Origin: Fimbriosthenelais zetlandica
Lineage: Eukaryota
DNA: 64,000 nt
Assembly: GCA_977030845.1 (NCBI GenBank)
Contig: OZ365111.1
Coordinates: 11,470,001 to 11,534,000 of the forward strand
Direction of reading: 5' to 3'
How positions within the stretch are numbered: position 1 is the first letter of the stretch; every line of letters starts with the position of its first letter. The position numbers were made by a program, and so were the translations under genes. Positions 41,281-53,529 of the stretch are shown piece after piece. The notes beneath the pieces are model-generated. The model was not told the DNA's origin, did no database searches, and worked only from the letters and a program-made list of their open reading frames with translations.

Positions 41281-41751
41281 TCCTTTATTAACGTCATTAT
41301 ATAGGTGTGAAAAGGTCTTGCACTCCGGAGGTCTATCCCCCATTGAATGAAATTTTACCCAAATAATAGTGCATCATTCATTGTGTCTTAGCATCACCTA
41401 CACCCAGCAGCCCCTCTATTACTACATCTCCCAGCTTACAATACATTCTGACACCCCCCATAGAGCAGCTCCTAAGTTTGTACTCATTAGAGCAACTCAT
41501 CCATCTCAGTTTGCTCAGATAATGATTACCCCGATGGAGGATCCTCTGTTGCGTGTTGCTGCTTCCCCCGGGGGTCCATAGTTGGAAGGTGATTACGCAA
41601 TGGAAGATCAATTTATTTGTCATCTGCACTGACATCCCCCCGTTGTGTAGTTATTATTTGTAATTTCCATCACCACCAGCAAAAGTATGAAGTGATTTAG
41701 AGCCATATCTGCCGTCTATAAGCTTATTACTCACCACTGTCTCATACTTAC

Positions 41752-41808
41752 CATGCAGCCGCTCCTGCTTCCATCAAGCACGATTATTAGTAGGACAAGG
41801 AGGCTATA
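41752..41808 (-). CDS. Candidate 57-nt exon (YSLLVLLIIVLDGSRSGCM), hydrophobic
   Basis: Acceptor GAATTCTTTAACTAG| and strong donor ATG|GTAAGT. The phase-0 frame is open and the length is divisible by 3. Confidence 0.2.
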
Positions 41809-44800
41809 CTAGTTAAAGAATTCCTATTCATCCCATGCTGGGATTTTTCCAGATAATTAAACAGCTAAGGGTTAAATCCCCTTCCTTCACCAACTTGTCA
41901 CCAACACTACTGTACAAACCTTTCAGTTTAAATGTACACAGATTTACCTGTATATATGAGTATGGTATACTCGGGCTCCCATTATTTTCATGCTCATAAA
42001 TATGTCATAAGGAGAAGCCATTATAAGAAATATTGTAATTAGCCACTGCTTGTAACCCGAGTTACAAAAACTGAAATGTTTGCATGTAACTATGAGGGTA
42101 CCCTCAAATGCATACCTTTCCCTCAAACAGCACGCCGAGCTCAATTTTTGAAATGTGAAGCACCCTCTCTTAGCTTGATAATCATCTAATTAAGTTGGAA
42201 AGACTTCTCCTTCCTGACATAAATGGTCTGGAAATGAGAGCACATGACTGCGGCATTCCCAACGTTGAACATGTGAGATTAAAAGGGAAGTCTGAAAGAC
42301 GTTACGTTACCTTGGAAACTGATGGTAAAAATATGACCATGAAGTCAGTGGTTACTCGATTGTGCTCATTACTTCGACCCAAGACTCTTAGCAATTCCCT
42401 TTGATGTGGGTGAATAATACCACTTCAGCGTCATTATTAAGTATTTGTAGTCTCAATCTGGTTAATTTAGAGTTTACAAATTTCAAAGCGAGGACACATC
42501 CATCGGCAATCACAAAGGAAATGATCAAATTTAGCCATTGACCGTGGCTCTATCATGTTAAATCACATACACGATCTTGCCTTTGAATGCCTAGTGAAAG
42601 ATGCAAGCTTACTACATCGCACAATTAGACAATAATTTGTCTAAATTGTTTAGATTCACACTGATCATATTATAAACAGTCTAAGATAGAGTTACTAAGA
42701 TAGGGTTTAGTTGCTGTTGCTTCGGTTTTGCATTTTGGTCACACCCAGAACTTTCTCAAACTGTCCTCTCTCGCCTGCTTTTAACACTTACATGTATTTA
42801 TAACTAGTTATTCCACGAGCCCTCATCAGAGCCTCTAGTCCAGCTGATGATGTATTCGTTTGTGTTCATGTCAATAGATTATGGACAGACTTTATTCCCT
42901 TTCATCCCCAGACGCCTGTCCTAATAGTCAACCGGCATGATACATGGCCCATTATGGACTATCTGTAACAAAGATCGAAACGAAGTGGGAAACCAAGGTA
43001 ACGGGAAGTGCTGCAGCAGCCACACAAGCTAATTGTGTCCCTATACATTACTCAGGCCATTTAGCCAGGAGAAAGTCGACACTGGATGGTTATTAGGGGA
43101 ATAGACACCACAGATTGGGCGCTGCAACCCTCCTCCAGTGTGGTCAAGGAGGTCAGTGGAGGGATTCAGGTTGTACCGGAAATTGATCCCCCTCTGCCGG
43201 AAGGTGCCCCCATCACTGCTAAAGATCCCAGCTTTCCTCCCCCTTGGGGTCACAGAGATAGGTATCACCGATTTCAGACTTAACTCTGGAGCAGGCCTTG
43301 GGCTGAGATGAAATCAGGAGGGTAACAAGGATGGGGAGTGACAATGGCTTGCCTCAAGCGCTGCGGCCATCATTTGTTGTTCATGACCCTCGCTGCGTGA
43401 TCGTTCACCGGTCAACATGTCAAAGTAACAAAATTGCATGGCACAGGAGCAAATAATAATGAGGGTGAGGGTCAATATATGAACAAAGCCCACCCTGGCT
43501 GATTATTTAGTCCACCTCTACCCCTCACCCCCTCAACATAAGGAGCACTCGGTGTATTAACGACCCAATTGATGCCGAATACTAAGCGAGGTCCATCAGG
43601 GGCAATTAGTTTTGTTAACATGACTGCCAGACGTGTGTCTCTATGGAAAGACTTATTTCAGGGCAAGCAATTACTTTCATTTGAATGTCATTATATTAGT
43701 TCACCCAAATAGCATTAACAGAGTGGTTACCTATAGCTATCTTCATCTGCCTCAAGCCACCATCTAAAACTTTGGTTTTTGTTCCATGCATTTTGTTGTA
43801 CAATCTTCCTAACAACATCCCGACATCTAGATTTTTTCTTTCTTTTTGAAAGTAAAATTTGTCAAGGCTGCAGGATGATTCATGGCCTATGTACATGTAG
43901 TATCTAGTGACCTAGAAATAATATAAATGAGAATGACTTGCTTCCGCAACAAGCTCTTTTTCCTTCCTATCTAATAATCCTTGCCATTCCTCAATTTCAG
44001 ATCAGTCACTGCGGGAACCTGTAGTAATGAAGCAAGTGCTTCCGAAAATGATCTAAATTTAATCTGAATTGGTTTTGCCGGGGACGCCATCACATCTTTC
44101 CTGTTTATAGTGCAGGGACGAGCTATTCTAAATGATTTTAGAGGCCACCTGCAAAACCCCCTTGTGAAATATAATCAAATCTTGACGAATTAATGATCGT
44201 TTCTGAAGAACAATCCGAGATTCCCTTATGGGAAATAGGGGGAACAATAGGCTCTTCCACGTCAGAAAAATGGAGGTAATTATTCTTAATTTAGATTATT
44301 ACAGCCGGCGACATTCTGCCGTAGATTTGCCGAGACGAAAATAGTGATGGTGCTCAAAGCAGATGTCCTGCCATTGTTGACTTATTCATTACAGAAACCT
44401 CCTCATTTGTAATGTTAGTATTTCTAACATGGGAAGAATATATAATGCACCAAGTGCTTCAGGAAATTTCAACAGCCCATAGACTGTACATCTATGAGGA
44501 AAACCGGTCCTTCTAACTCAAATCATGAACATGATGCATATGGCAAGATAAAAATACCCATCAAGAAGAAATAAACAATCTCTGAAGAAGGCCAAATGCC
44601 GTAATATGTTGGAAGAAAAAACTCATGTCTTTTCTATTAAACAACTAATCATACGAGGAAAGGACAACTTGAGCCTTTCTGCAATACACTTGCTTCTAAA
44701 AAAAACTCCCATCAAGGAGATGTACGCTTTTTTTAAGGGTCAGTTTAGTCCCCTCGAAAATAAGCCATGAAATTAATATGACAAAGAGAGAAGGAAGATA

Positions 44801-45450
44801 ATGATGCTGAAGAGTAGGCAATAAAGAAGTGATTCATGTAAAGGGGGTGGAATGGGTCTGGACCAAGCAGGTGTCTCAGAGAATGGCAATCCTGGATGAT
44901 GGGGCTGTTTGCGAGGAAATCCCTTGGAGAAATCATTGGGCTGCGCACGCATCACCTCCAGGGTGGGCCGTTCATCACGGCCCGGAGAGACACTGGAGTG
45001 ACAAAATCCGCCGTTAGCCGGGATGCCTGACCGGTTTTATCGCGGGCTTAGCACCGATGGTCCGTCATTTGAACAATAGCGCCAGGCACTGACCGGACAA
45101 TGGTCATTGTACCAGAGGCTGAGGAAGGAATGGGGAGTGGCAGAGGCTTTGGAGAATGGCCCCTAGTCAACAGTGGCTTCAATTGGTAGGCGTACAAGCC
45201 TGGCCATTGTGCCCAATGAGATCCCAGGCTCCTCCACCAAAAGTAATGACCACCGGGCCTAATCCAAAGGCATGGTCAGAGCTGATCAGGCCCCATAGAT
45301 GACCAGCCGATGGACACGTCCAACACGCTGGTCCATGGAGAAGGAGGAGGGGGGCCAAAGGCTGGACATTACAGCCAAGGCCCCAACACTCAACAGTGAA
45401 TAAGGTGGAGAGAGCGAGACTTGGCGAGAAAGCTTGGGGTCGGAAGGAGT

Positions 45451-45509
45451 GGCACGTGACGTGCCTGTATGGTTAGAGCAAGTTCCACTTTGATTACTTT
45501 CTGACGTCA
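45451..45509. promoter_or_regulatory. E-box/CRE motif pair
   Basis: Interrupted palindrome GGCACGT-G-ACGTGCC (45451-45465, containing CACGTGAC) and TGACGTCA (45502-45509). Confidence 0.25.
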
Positions 45510-45529
45510 CACATGGACTGGCGTTCATT

Positions 45530-45540
45530 GGGGGGGGGGG
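45530..45540 (+). repeat. G11 homopolymer
   Basis: 11 consecutive G read directly. Confidence 0.9.
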
Positions 45541-45869
45541 AGCTTTACTAGAAAGATACTTCTGGTGGTTTGGTATGGTTTGCCTCATGGGACCTTATGG
45601 CCTAATCTAGCAATTCCTCTTTTAAATGATGAATTTTAACTTAAAAATTGCAGATAAAAAGGGTCGATTTTAAAATGATAAAGTTTTACAGTTTGAGTAC
45701 TTTCCTTGCATAATTTGTCATTGAATGCCCCGACCTTTTCACCAATGGGAAAAGAAACAGCAACGCCCAGAAACCCCCTGAGACTGAATTACCTTTTGCC
45801 TTTATATACATCTAATAAAAGAAACTTCTGCTGTTTTAAGTATTCATTGACAAAGGCATTGAATGGGGT

Positions 45870-45884
45870 AGAGAGAGAGAGAGA
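45870..45884 (+). repeat. (AG)7 microsatellite
   Basis: AGAGAGAGAGAGAGA read directly. Confidence 0.85.
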
Positions 45885-47334
45885 CAGAAAGCTTAGATTA
45901 CACCTGGAATATACCTTGATGAATATACCCAGGTATTTGTGACGCATATGATCAGTGATCTCAATATTTTAGGTTTCCTTTGGTGTCTAACATCCATTTA
46001 TGAATGGGTCCTTATGGGGATCATATGGAATGATGGTTATTTATATGAACGTATAGAAGTAGAGAACTGATGATCATTACTTTCTTTAGAAGTTGTACCC
46101 ACTTTTCATGTTGATATCTATTATTTATCCCACCTTTTTCATTCCATACAGAGCTTTTTATTACCCTATGGTATAACAGCTTTTGTGGTAAAACCAGGAT
46201 AGAAATAGATTTATTACAGCAAGAAAAACATAGAAATCAGTGCTGTGACTGGAATAGATTGTACCCTATACACTTGCTGTTTTCGGGTGTGGCTACAAGT
46301 TAAAAGCTTAGGCCAACAATGTGCACCCGAAATACAATTTTATAAAAACTTTTTCAAGATTGCTTTCGCCATGTATCAATTATGGATATATGTAAGTAGA
46401 GTAGATTTTATGTCATTGTAGTGGTTTCTCATCCATTATTATGGGACTATAGAGTGCTAGAAAAGAAAATAATGATGAGGTAGAGTGCTGGGGCCATGCC
46501 AGATCAAGGTAGTACTCGTGTGTACTTAATGCCCGGACACCACCCTGTAAATTGGTATAATACCGAGCAGAATGTGTATAATGGAGGAAGAAGCTGCCAA
46601 AACAGCTGAAAGGCATTAAAAATAAAGGTTTTCAGAATGGTCTTGTTATGGTATACAGTGTGGGCCCAAGAGTGAGGTGAATAACAAATCTATATAGTAT
46701 AAATACGTGATGAAACTGGCTTAACTCCATGGGGAAGGGTGGGTCAGGCATTGTGTAGATGGGAGGCACTGATATATTTGATCCCAAGCAAATCTTGCTT
46801 CATGTTCCTTTTGTTTATTCTGAGAGATTGTTTATTAATGACAGATGCTTCGGTAATGTTGCTTGTTGCTACAATGGAAGACATAATTGCTAATATTATT
46901 TAAGCCATGTTACCCGTTTATATCCTTTCACATAACGCCTTCCTGGCCATTATCCTAATGACCTGGTGAACAGTGGCACTAGTCGGACATCTAGGCCATA
47001 TGCTTGTTCCATAGCTCATTTGGAAGACCAAATCCGGAGGCAACGTCTTTGAGAACAGATGAAAGCATCTAACGAGAGACAAAGGACTGGAGGATATTTG
47101 ACTGATCCATCTCACTATGGAGTGATAAGCTATGACCTGACAACCCAGAGGTCAGGCATTAAAAGGCCCATTAGGACATATAACGAGACAGGTCAATACT
47201 GGGGTTTCCTACCCATGCCAAGGTGTGTCCTCTTCTAATATCCTGCCTTGCTCAAAGCCTTAGGGTTGGGATACCCTCATACATAGAACCTTTAGCTCGA
47301 ACCAGTATATTTGAAGGAAAATTTAGATGACTAA

Positions 47335-47374
47335 TGGTCAAGTATGGTCACCTTTTGGTCAAGTATGGTCACCT
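47335..47374 (+). repeat. 19-bp tandem duplication TGGTCAAGTATGGTCACCT x2
   Basis: Exact copies at 47335-47353 and 47356-47374, separated by TT. Confidence 0.9.
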
Positions 47375-50300
47375 ATTGTTGTTCTACTTAGCTGATGATG
47401 TCGAGATATCTGATTATAGACTTGCAGAGAAATTGGCTTTATAGTACAACCCAGTCGCTATAATTAGTGCTGAATATAATGCTGCAAATGACTCGGTGTG
47501 GGGTGAAATGGATAATCAGGTAATAAGATTAGCCGGACAAGTGGCCCCTCACCTCTGCCAGTGGGGGTCTAAGTTTGCAGGAGGCGCGAACAAAGAACAT
47601 GCTGTGAAGCTACGCTAATGTTGGTTTGTCCCCCAGATCAGTTGTGAGCAATTCGACCTAAGCCAGAAATAATGATATTTTGCCAGTCAATTTTGCTAAT
47701 TTTGCCAATCCAGGTAAAATATGTTGAGAAATAATTATTTTGTCAAAATCATTCTGCAAATTGTTGATTCTAGTCTTAATTATTCTCATATCCATAATGA
47801 TATAAATCTAAATATATGGAGATGCCTTTATAAACCGCATAAACTGCAAATATGATAACACTGGGATTCCCCATGATATTTTGTACATACTCCATGTACA
47901 GCTTAGAGAAGCCTATAGAGAATATTTTAATTTGGATCTTATTTATGAGTTGATCCCTGATATGCAGTCATCTGGTCCTCTTGGCGCTCAATAAATCACG
48001 TGCCCATGATGTGGGTCCTTTGTAGAAGGCGTATTACTCTCCATGTCTCCTCCTAAATATGGTGGTTGGCAGGGGCCATGCAGCGCCCTGCATGAATGGT
48101 CTATTTGGGGGAGAAGTCCTTATGATTTTCTTTCAGGATGATCTACGTGATAGATATGCATGGATACTGGGGCCCGAGCCCCAGCCCCTGAAGACTCTTG
48201 CCTAATCCCTCTTTTGGGGGGGAAGGCCATGTAACCTTCACCCCTTTCCGGGGCCTTTCTGACCAAGGGGGAGGGGGTTTATACACCCCATGGCTGATGA
48301 CAAGCCTTGTGGCCGTTAGCTGACTGCCGTTAAGGGGTATAACCCGTCTCATTCCAATGGTCAGACTATAAATCTGTTTAAATGGCTGGGTAGTCATACA
48401 GACAAATCCTTGAGGTAATCTTCTGCCTTCCCTTTCTCTCCCCGTGAAGCTTGCCCAATGCAATGCAAAGCAGTCAGGGGACCAAGGAAGATGCACGACC
48501 AGAGGGGAACGAGGATCGCACGGGGAGAAATAATGATATCTTAGAGATGTCTTTGAGATTTTCGAGGGGATTACAGTTCTCTGTATGGGTAAATCCTGCC
48601 CATCGATCCTGTACATTTCCATCTGAATCATAATTACATTAATGGTCCCTTGGAAATGATTATGGCCATTGTAATCATTCCACGCAGATCCACTTCTGCG
48701 TGTTTCACATCAATATTGGTATATATATTAGTGGAAAGATATTTGTATCGGAACATAATTTTTATCCATACCCATAGACACTTTGAATGTACTTTCGGGG
48801 GGTTGTGGGCCGTATTCTTGTGCCCGGTCAACACCGGGATGGCTTCTGTCGCCCCTCACATTTACCGTATTGCTTGAGTGACCATCGCACACCACATGCA
48901 TTCGCCGATCTGGCTTAATGTAGAAGGCAGTAAATCAACACACCATATTATTAAGTCCCTTAGTCATCACTTATTATCATTTGTGCGGACATCCCTCCCT
49001 CCTATATAGCCCCAGGAGCCATTTACATGCGGTGGAATTGAGCAACTCACTGTGAAAGATGGCCATAAATAAGCCCCACTTCCCTCTCCCAAATCCTGCA
49101 GACCATTGCTTGTGAACATTACAAAGTAAATGCTTCCACGTTTTTACCCCACCCTGCCGCCATCAACTTCTAGTCCCACTCCTGAGTGCTCTGACCCTCA
49201 TTTTTACATATGCTCAAAAGCTGAACGACATAAATTTTGTATCACTGCTGTGACAACTTCCTGCATTCTGGTAGCAGATGGATCCCAAGCCTTTCTCTGG
49301 TCCATTCCAGAGGCCATGGATCAATACCTGCCTTCATTTATGGTCTTTCTATGTTCCTCGTTGACAGCTGATAGTTCAATCATACGGGCACATAAACAAC
49401 AACCCTAATGGTGGATAAGAGACGCCTTTCCTACAGTCATAATTATACCCATGTTCAACCAATATGCCTATTAGCCTAGAAACCCTTATCTAGAGACAAG
49501 CCGTTTAAGACATGACAAATTACAACGGTTTAACACACGTTATTATCTATAGCAACAATTCACTGGCAACTCATTCAAAGGTCTGGAACATCTCACTTTC
49601 TTGACCTACTTGTTGTAGCCTGTATCTACCAAAGAAAAAAGTAAACCAACATCGCTTGGAGAGGATGAGGGGGTGGAGGAGGTGGGCCCTGGTGGTGCAT
49701 CTGAAACAACATGGTGTTCTACCTGGTTCTTGCCCTCAAGCGGTCACTTAAAGCCCCCAACATTTTAGTCCATTTCCATGTGCGTGCTGTTTGCTAGGTC
49801 CCTTTCCTTCCCAACCTCCATAGCCACCCTGTTCCTTACAACATGGCGCTGACATGACCCAAGGCTGATGGTCTTGGGAGGAAAAGGCTGTCACAGAACG
49901 CCAAGGTCCGCCTACACTAAATGCTCTCTTCCACTTAAGCATTTTTTTCCATTGGTTTACAATTGCTGGTCACCATCAACTGGTTTCAATCCCCTCCCCA
50001 AATTTCATGAGACAGTTTACTTTATCCTATGAGATATATCTAACCTACTCAGTAGATATGCAATTTGAAACTTTATTAGAAGGTAAAATGGATTTTTAAA
50101 TTTCTTTCCTGAGAAACCCCTAATGTTATAAAGCCCATGCACTCTTATCAGACAATCTGTTCATCTGTATTGATAACTAACCAATGAATATTCACCTCAG
50201 TGGATACCGTCCTAAACGCTTGTTAGATGTTAGCAGACCTGAAATCAGCGACTTGCATTCTCCTGCTGGAGATATGCCCCGAGCTACACGTCAGCAACAT

Positions 50301-51519
50301 TCCCTCACCTAAGTGTTCCTTGGACATCAATTTCCAGGAGAGGTAGAAAATGGGTCAACATGACATAACATACAGGCAAAGCTGCTATTATCCGGAACAC
50401 CAGAACTAGGTTAACTGACCTAATTGCTGAATGAAAACTGATATATATCCCCAGGCTTAATTGGATTTGAATAGAGCATGTAATGAATGCCTGGGTTGAT
50501 GAACCATCTCCATATACTACTTCCGTGCATTTAACATCCTAAGGTTGGCTTCCCGTTGAACTAGATCAGCTTTCTAATTGCAGGATGATCTTGCTATCAT
50601 CAACCTATAATTATATGGGTTTATGAATATCTGTTGCCTTTTACCTATTTCCAGTATTAAGTCAATCATATTAATTTCATACCTTGCATTGATTGTAGCC
50701 GTTGATTGGAGCCATTGGATTTATTTTTTAACAGTAAGGCAACACAATTTCTTTTCTTAAATTCTTTGCGAATTACCCTGATTGATTAAGACCTCTTAAA
50801 ATACTTTGGCACCGGTTGGGATTATTATATGAAGAACCGGGGACCTCTCCCTTTGACAGAAATGTTAAAATTTGATAACCAACGTTATATGTATACTACT
50901 AGCAGTAGCCACATAGATACACCCATCAGCCATTCTATAAACACAAAAGGACGCGAGATGGGGAAGATCGCCTCTTGCCCTGTAAACCCAGCACCAGCTC
51001 CACTCTTTCACGCCTAATCACACACCTATTCCAGTCACATACACCCAACAGATCCCTTTCTTATCAAGGAAAGTCGCAGCCCGATTGTTTCCTATGGCAC
51101 GATAAGCGGACACTCCCACTCCTCCTGCAGACGATCAATAAGATCGATCATTGCGTCAGGAACCAATGACAATAAGATGGCTTTACTGTGCAGGACTCCC
51201 CTGAATAAGTTTGCTTCATTTACCAACTTCTAAATCACAAGTTTAATGAAGTTCAAAGGGCGGAGATTCTCTTTTATTAACTGTTCTTTGCTATGTATAG
51301 CAATCTCAGAATTTCCCCTTATCATATTATGTACCAAGTTACTTTTATGTGAATAGCCTATACTTGGAACATCCATTAACCCAGAATACCTAGCATTGTT
51401 GCTATGTTAATGCCTGTGTTAATGAATTCGGACTATCTGAGTACTCACTCAAGAGTTTATCATTGAGTATTATCGAGTCTACATGGCCACATGGTGTCGA
51501 TGCTAATAACAGATACCCC

Positions 51520-51720
51520 CTCCTGCCAACTTCCGGCACTCTCTAGCGGACCGGAACCAACGTGACAGTGCGTGCGTTACTCAATAAGCTCTAGCCGAGA
51601 TGGGTTCTTTGCTGTCACGTCAGAATGATTCAACGTTCCAGCTGGGTCAAAGGTCACTTCCGGTTGCGTTCTCACCGCACGGATATGGAGCCATCAAACA
51701 TGGTGGAGGATTTTTTCCTG
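51520..51720. promoter_or_regulatory. CpG-rich promoter-like patch with ETS and DR1 motifs
   Basis: ACTTCCGG at 51529-51536 and 51656-51663, a perfect DR1 GGGTCA-A-AGGTCA at 51644-51656, and GTCACGTCA at 51614-51622. CpG-rich sequence continues to ~52200. Confidence 0.4.
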
Positions 51721-53449
51721 AATCGCAGCATCACCCACCCCCTCGTGTTGTCAAGAAATAAAATCAGGGCCCGGGCACGCAAGCCAGCCTTAAATCTGTC
51801 ACATTCATTTGGCAGCAAAATGCTGAACGAGCTGAAGGGATTTGCGCTTAATGTAAAGTCAATGCACGCGTTAGTTAACGAGGGAAAAGTATATGATGAT
51901 ATTACAGCTAGCCAACTCTGGTGGTCAAGAAAGACGCAATGATTGGCTCCAAATGTCAAGCTCACCGGAAACACTCCGGTCTCCTGGACGCAGGTGCCCA
52001 CACGAGAACTGGGCGATCGTAACTTCACAATAAATGAACAATGCGGATGAAGAAATCGTAAAAACGAGAGAAAAATACGCAGTATCGATGGGACTTGGTG
52101 TTATCACAGGCCGGTTATGAGCGGGCAGACCTCATCTATGAAAATGGCTGGATTTTTAGGGCTTACTCCTTCCGGGCATGGGACCGCGAGGCAATAAAAG
52201 GATAAGATAATGAAAACAGAGGAAATTCCTGTTATTGGCCCGTTCAATAAGTCATTTTAAGTTGGTTTTACTAGCTCTGTTTTATTATGAGCCATATTGG
52301 CTTGATTTATCTGGTATTATTGCAACATATCTCTTCTGATCGTTATTTTTCATTCCTCCCCTGTAAAGGACACCTGCGCCCCCAAGCGGGAAAGGTCCCT
52401 GGAATGCTTTGCGTTATTAGTTTCCTTCTATCCGGCTATGTCAAACTGCCATCAGCTAGCTGGTCAAGAAATACATGAGATCGCCTCTGAATTATTTCTC
52501 TTTCCAAAATTAAATAATTATCATAGCTTTTTTGATTGTTAACATTTGGAAAGATGATATACAAATGAGATGTGGACATAAATAAGGCTGCTCGTTATCT
52601 GGATTACATGCGACAAGATCAGCTGTAAAAGCAGGTTTGTGATAAAAATCTGTATTCACTCTCATAAGCACATATCAACCGAGAACACATAAATGACAAC
52701 GATGGAGGGGAAGGCGATGCTGGTCTGGGTTGCCACATTTGCATGATCTTCATCTCTCTCGCCATTTTACTTTTGCTTGGGCGATCCTCTCATTGTCACC
52801 TTTTTGGGGAGGAACTCGAAAATTATTATCAAAATGATCCTATGGCTTGCTTGTAGCTTGTTCAGGTATATATGTAGCTTACATCGTTGAGTCGTAAGGA
52901 TCGTTGGTTCAGCTTTGCAAATTGGGATAAGGTTCTGCCTCTATATGTCCAGCCTGTAGGAATAAGTAGATGTAAATCAAATATTATCACCGAGCTTGAC
53001 ACGAGATCTATTTTACTCAGCAGCAATGTCTAAACTGGATGATCGTAAAGCATGGTCTCTACCCATATCCCCATGATCATCTGACATCACATGCATTGTT
53101 ATGGTGATATTAGATCTTTATATCCTATGATAGGCAACTTTTATGGGGCCCCACATGTCCAATGAATCCTTCATGTTCCTATTTGTGTGTGGTGTGGATA
53201 AGGATCTTGGCAAGGATATTTGTAAAATCACACACGGTCATGGAGGTCGATGGTAATGTGGTTTACTTGATATGAACGAGGCTTTTGACGGAAGTAAGAC
53301 AAGGATGAAAATTTTTTGTTCATCAAAACATCCTACAAACTTGAACAATTTTCAGAAAACGGCGAACGTCAGTCTAAAAGAAATTCGGAACATTCGCTAA
53401 CCCAATGCAAAAACCATCGTATAGGCTCCACTCCCTCCTAATATTCACT

Positions 53450-53472
53450 CCCCCCCCCCACACACACACACA
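53450..53472 (+). repeat. C10 run followed by (CA)7
   Basis: CCCCCCCCCC-ACACACACACACA read directly. Confidence 0.85.
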
Positions 53473-53510
53473 CTCCACAGTACTCACAGAACCGACAACC
53501 CACCAAAAAA

Positions 53511-53529
53511 CCCTACCCCAACCCACCCC
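53511..53529 (-). other. Canonical G-quadruplex motif
   Basis: The minus strand reads GGGG-T-GGG-TT-GGGG-TA-GGG, i.e. four G3+ runs with 1-2 nt loops. Confidence 0.6.

Noticed and set aside
43086-43283. Protein-like 65-aa ORF (GIDTTDWALQPSSSVVKEVSGG...PPPWGH)
   Set aside because: No convincing in-frame splice pair and no recognisable homology. Not excluded, but unsupported.
48143-48631. 162-aa minus-strand ORF, the longest
   Set aside because: Pro/Gly bias reflects C and G homopolymer runs. No domain resemblance.
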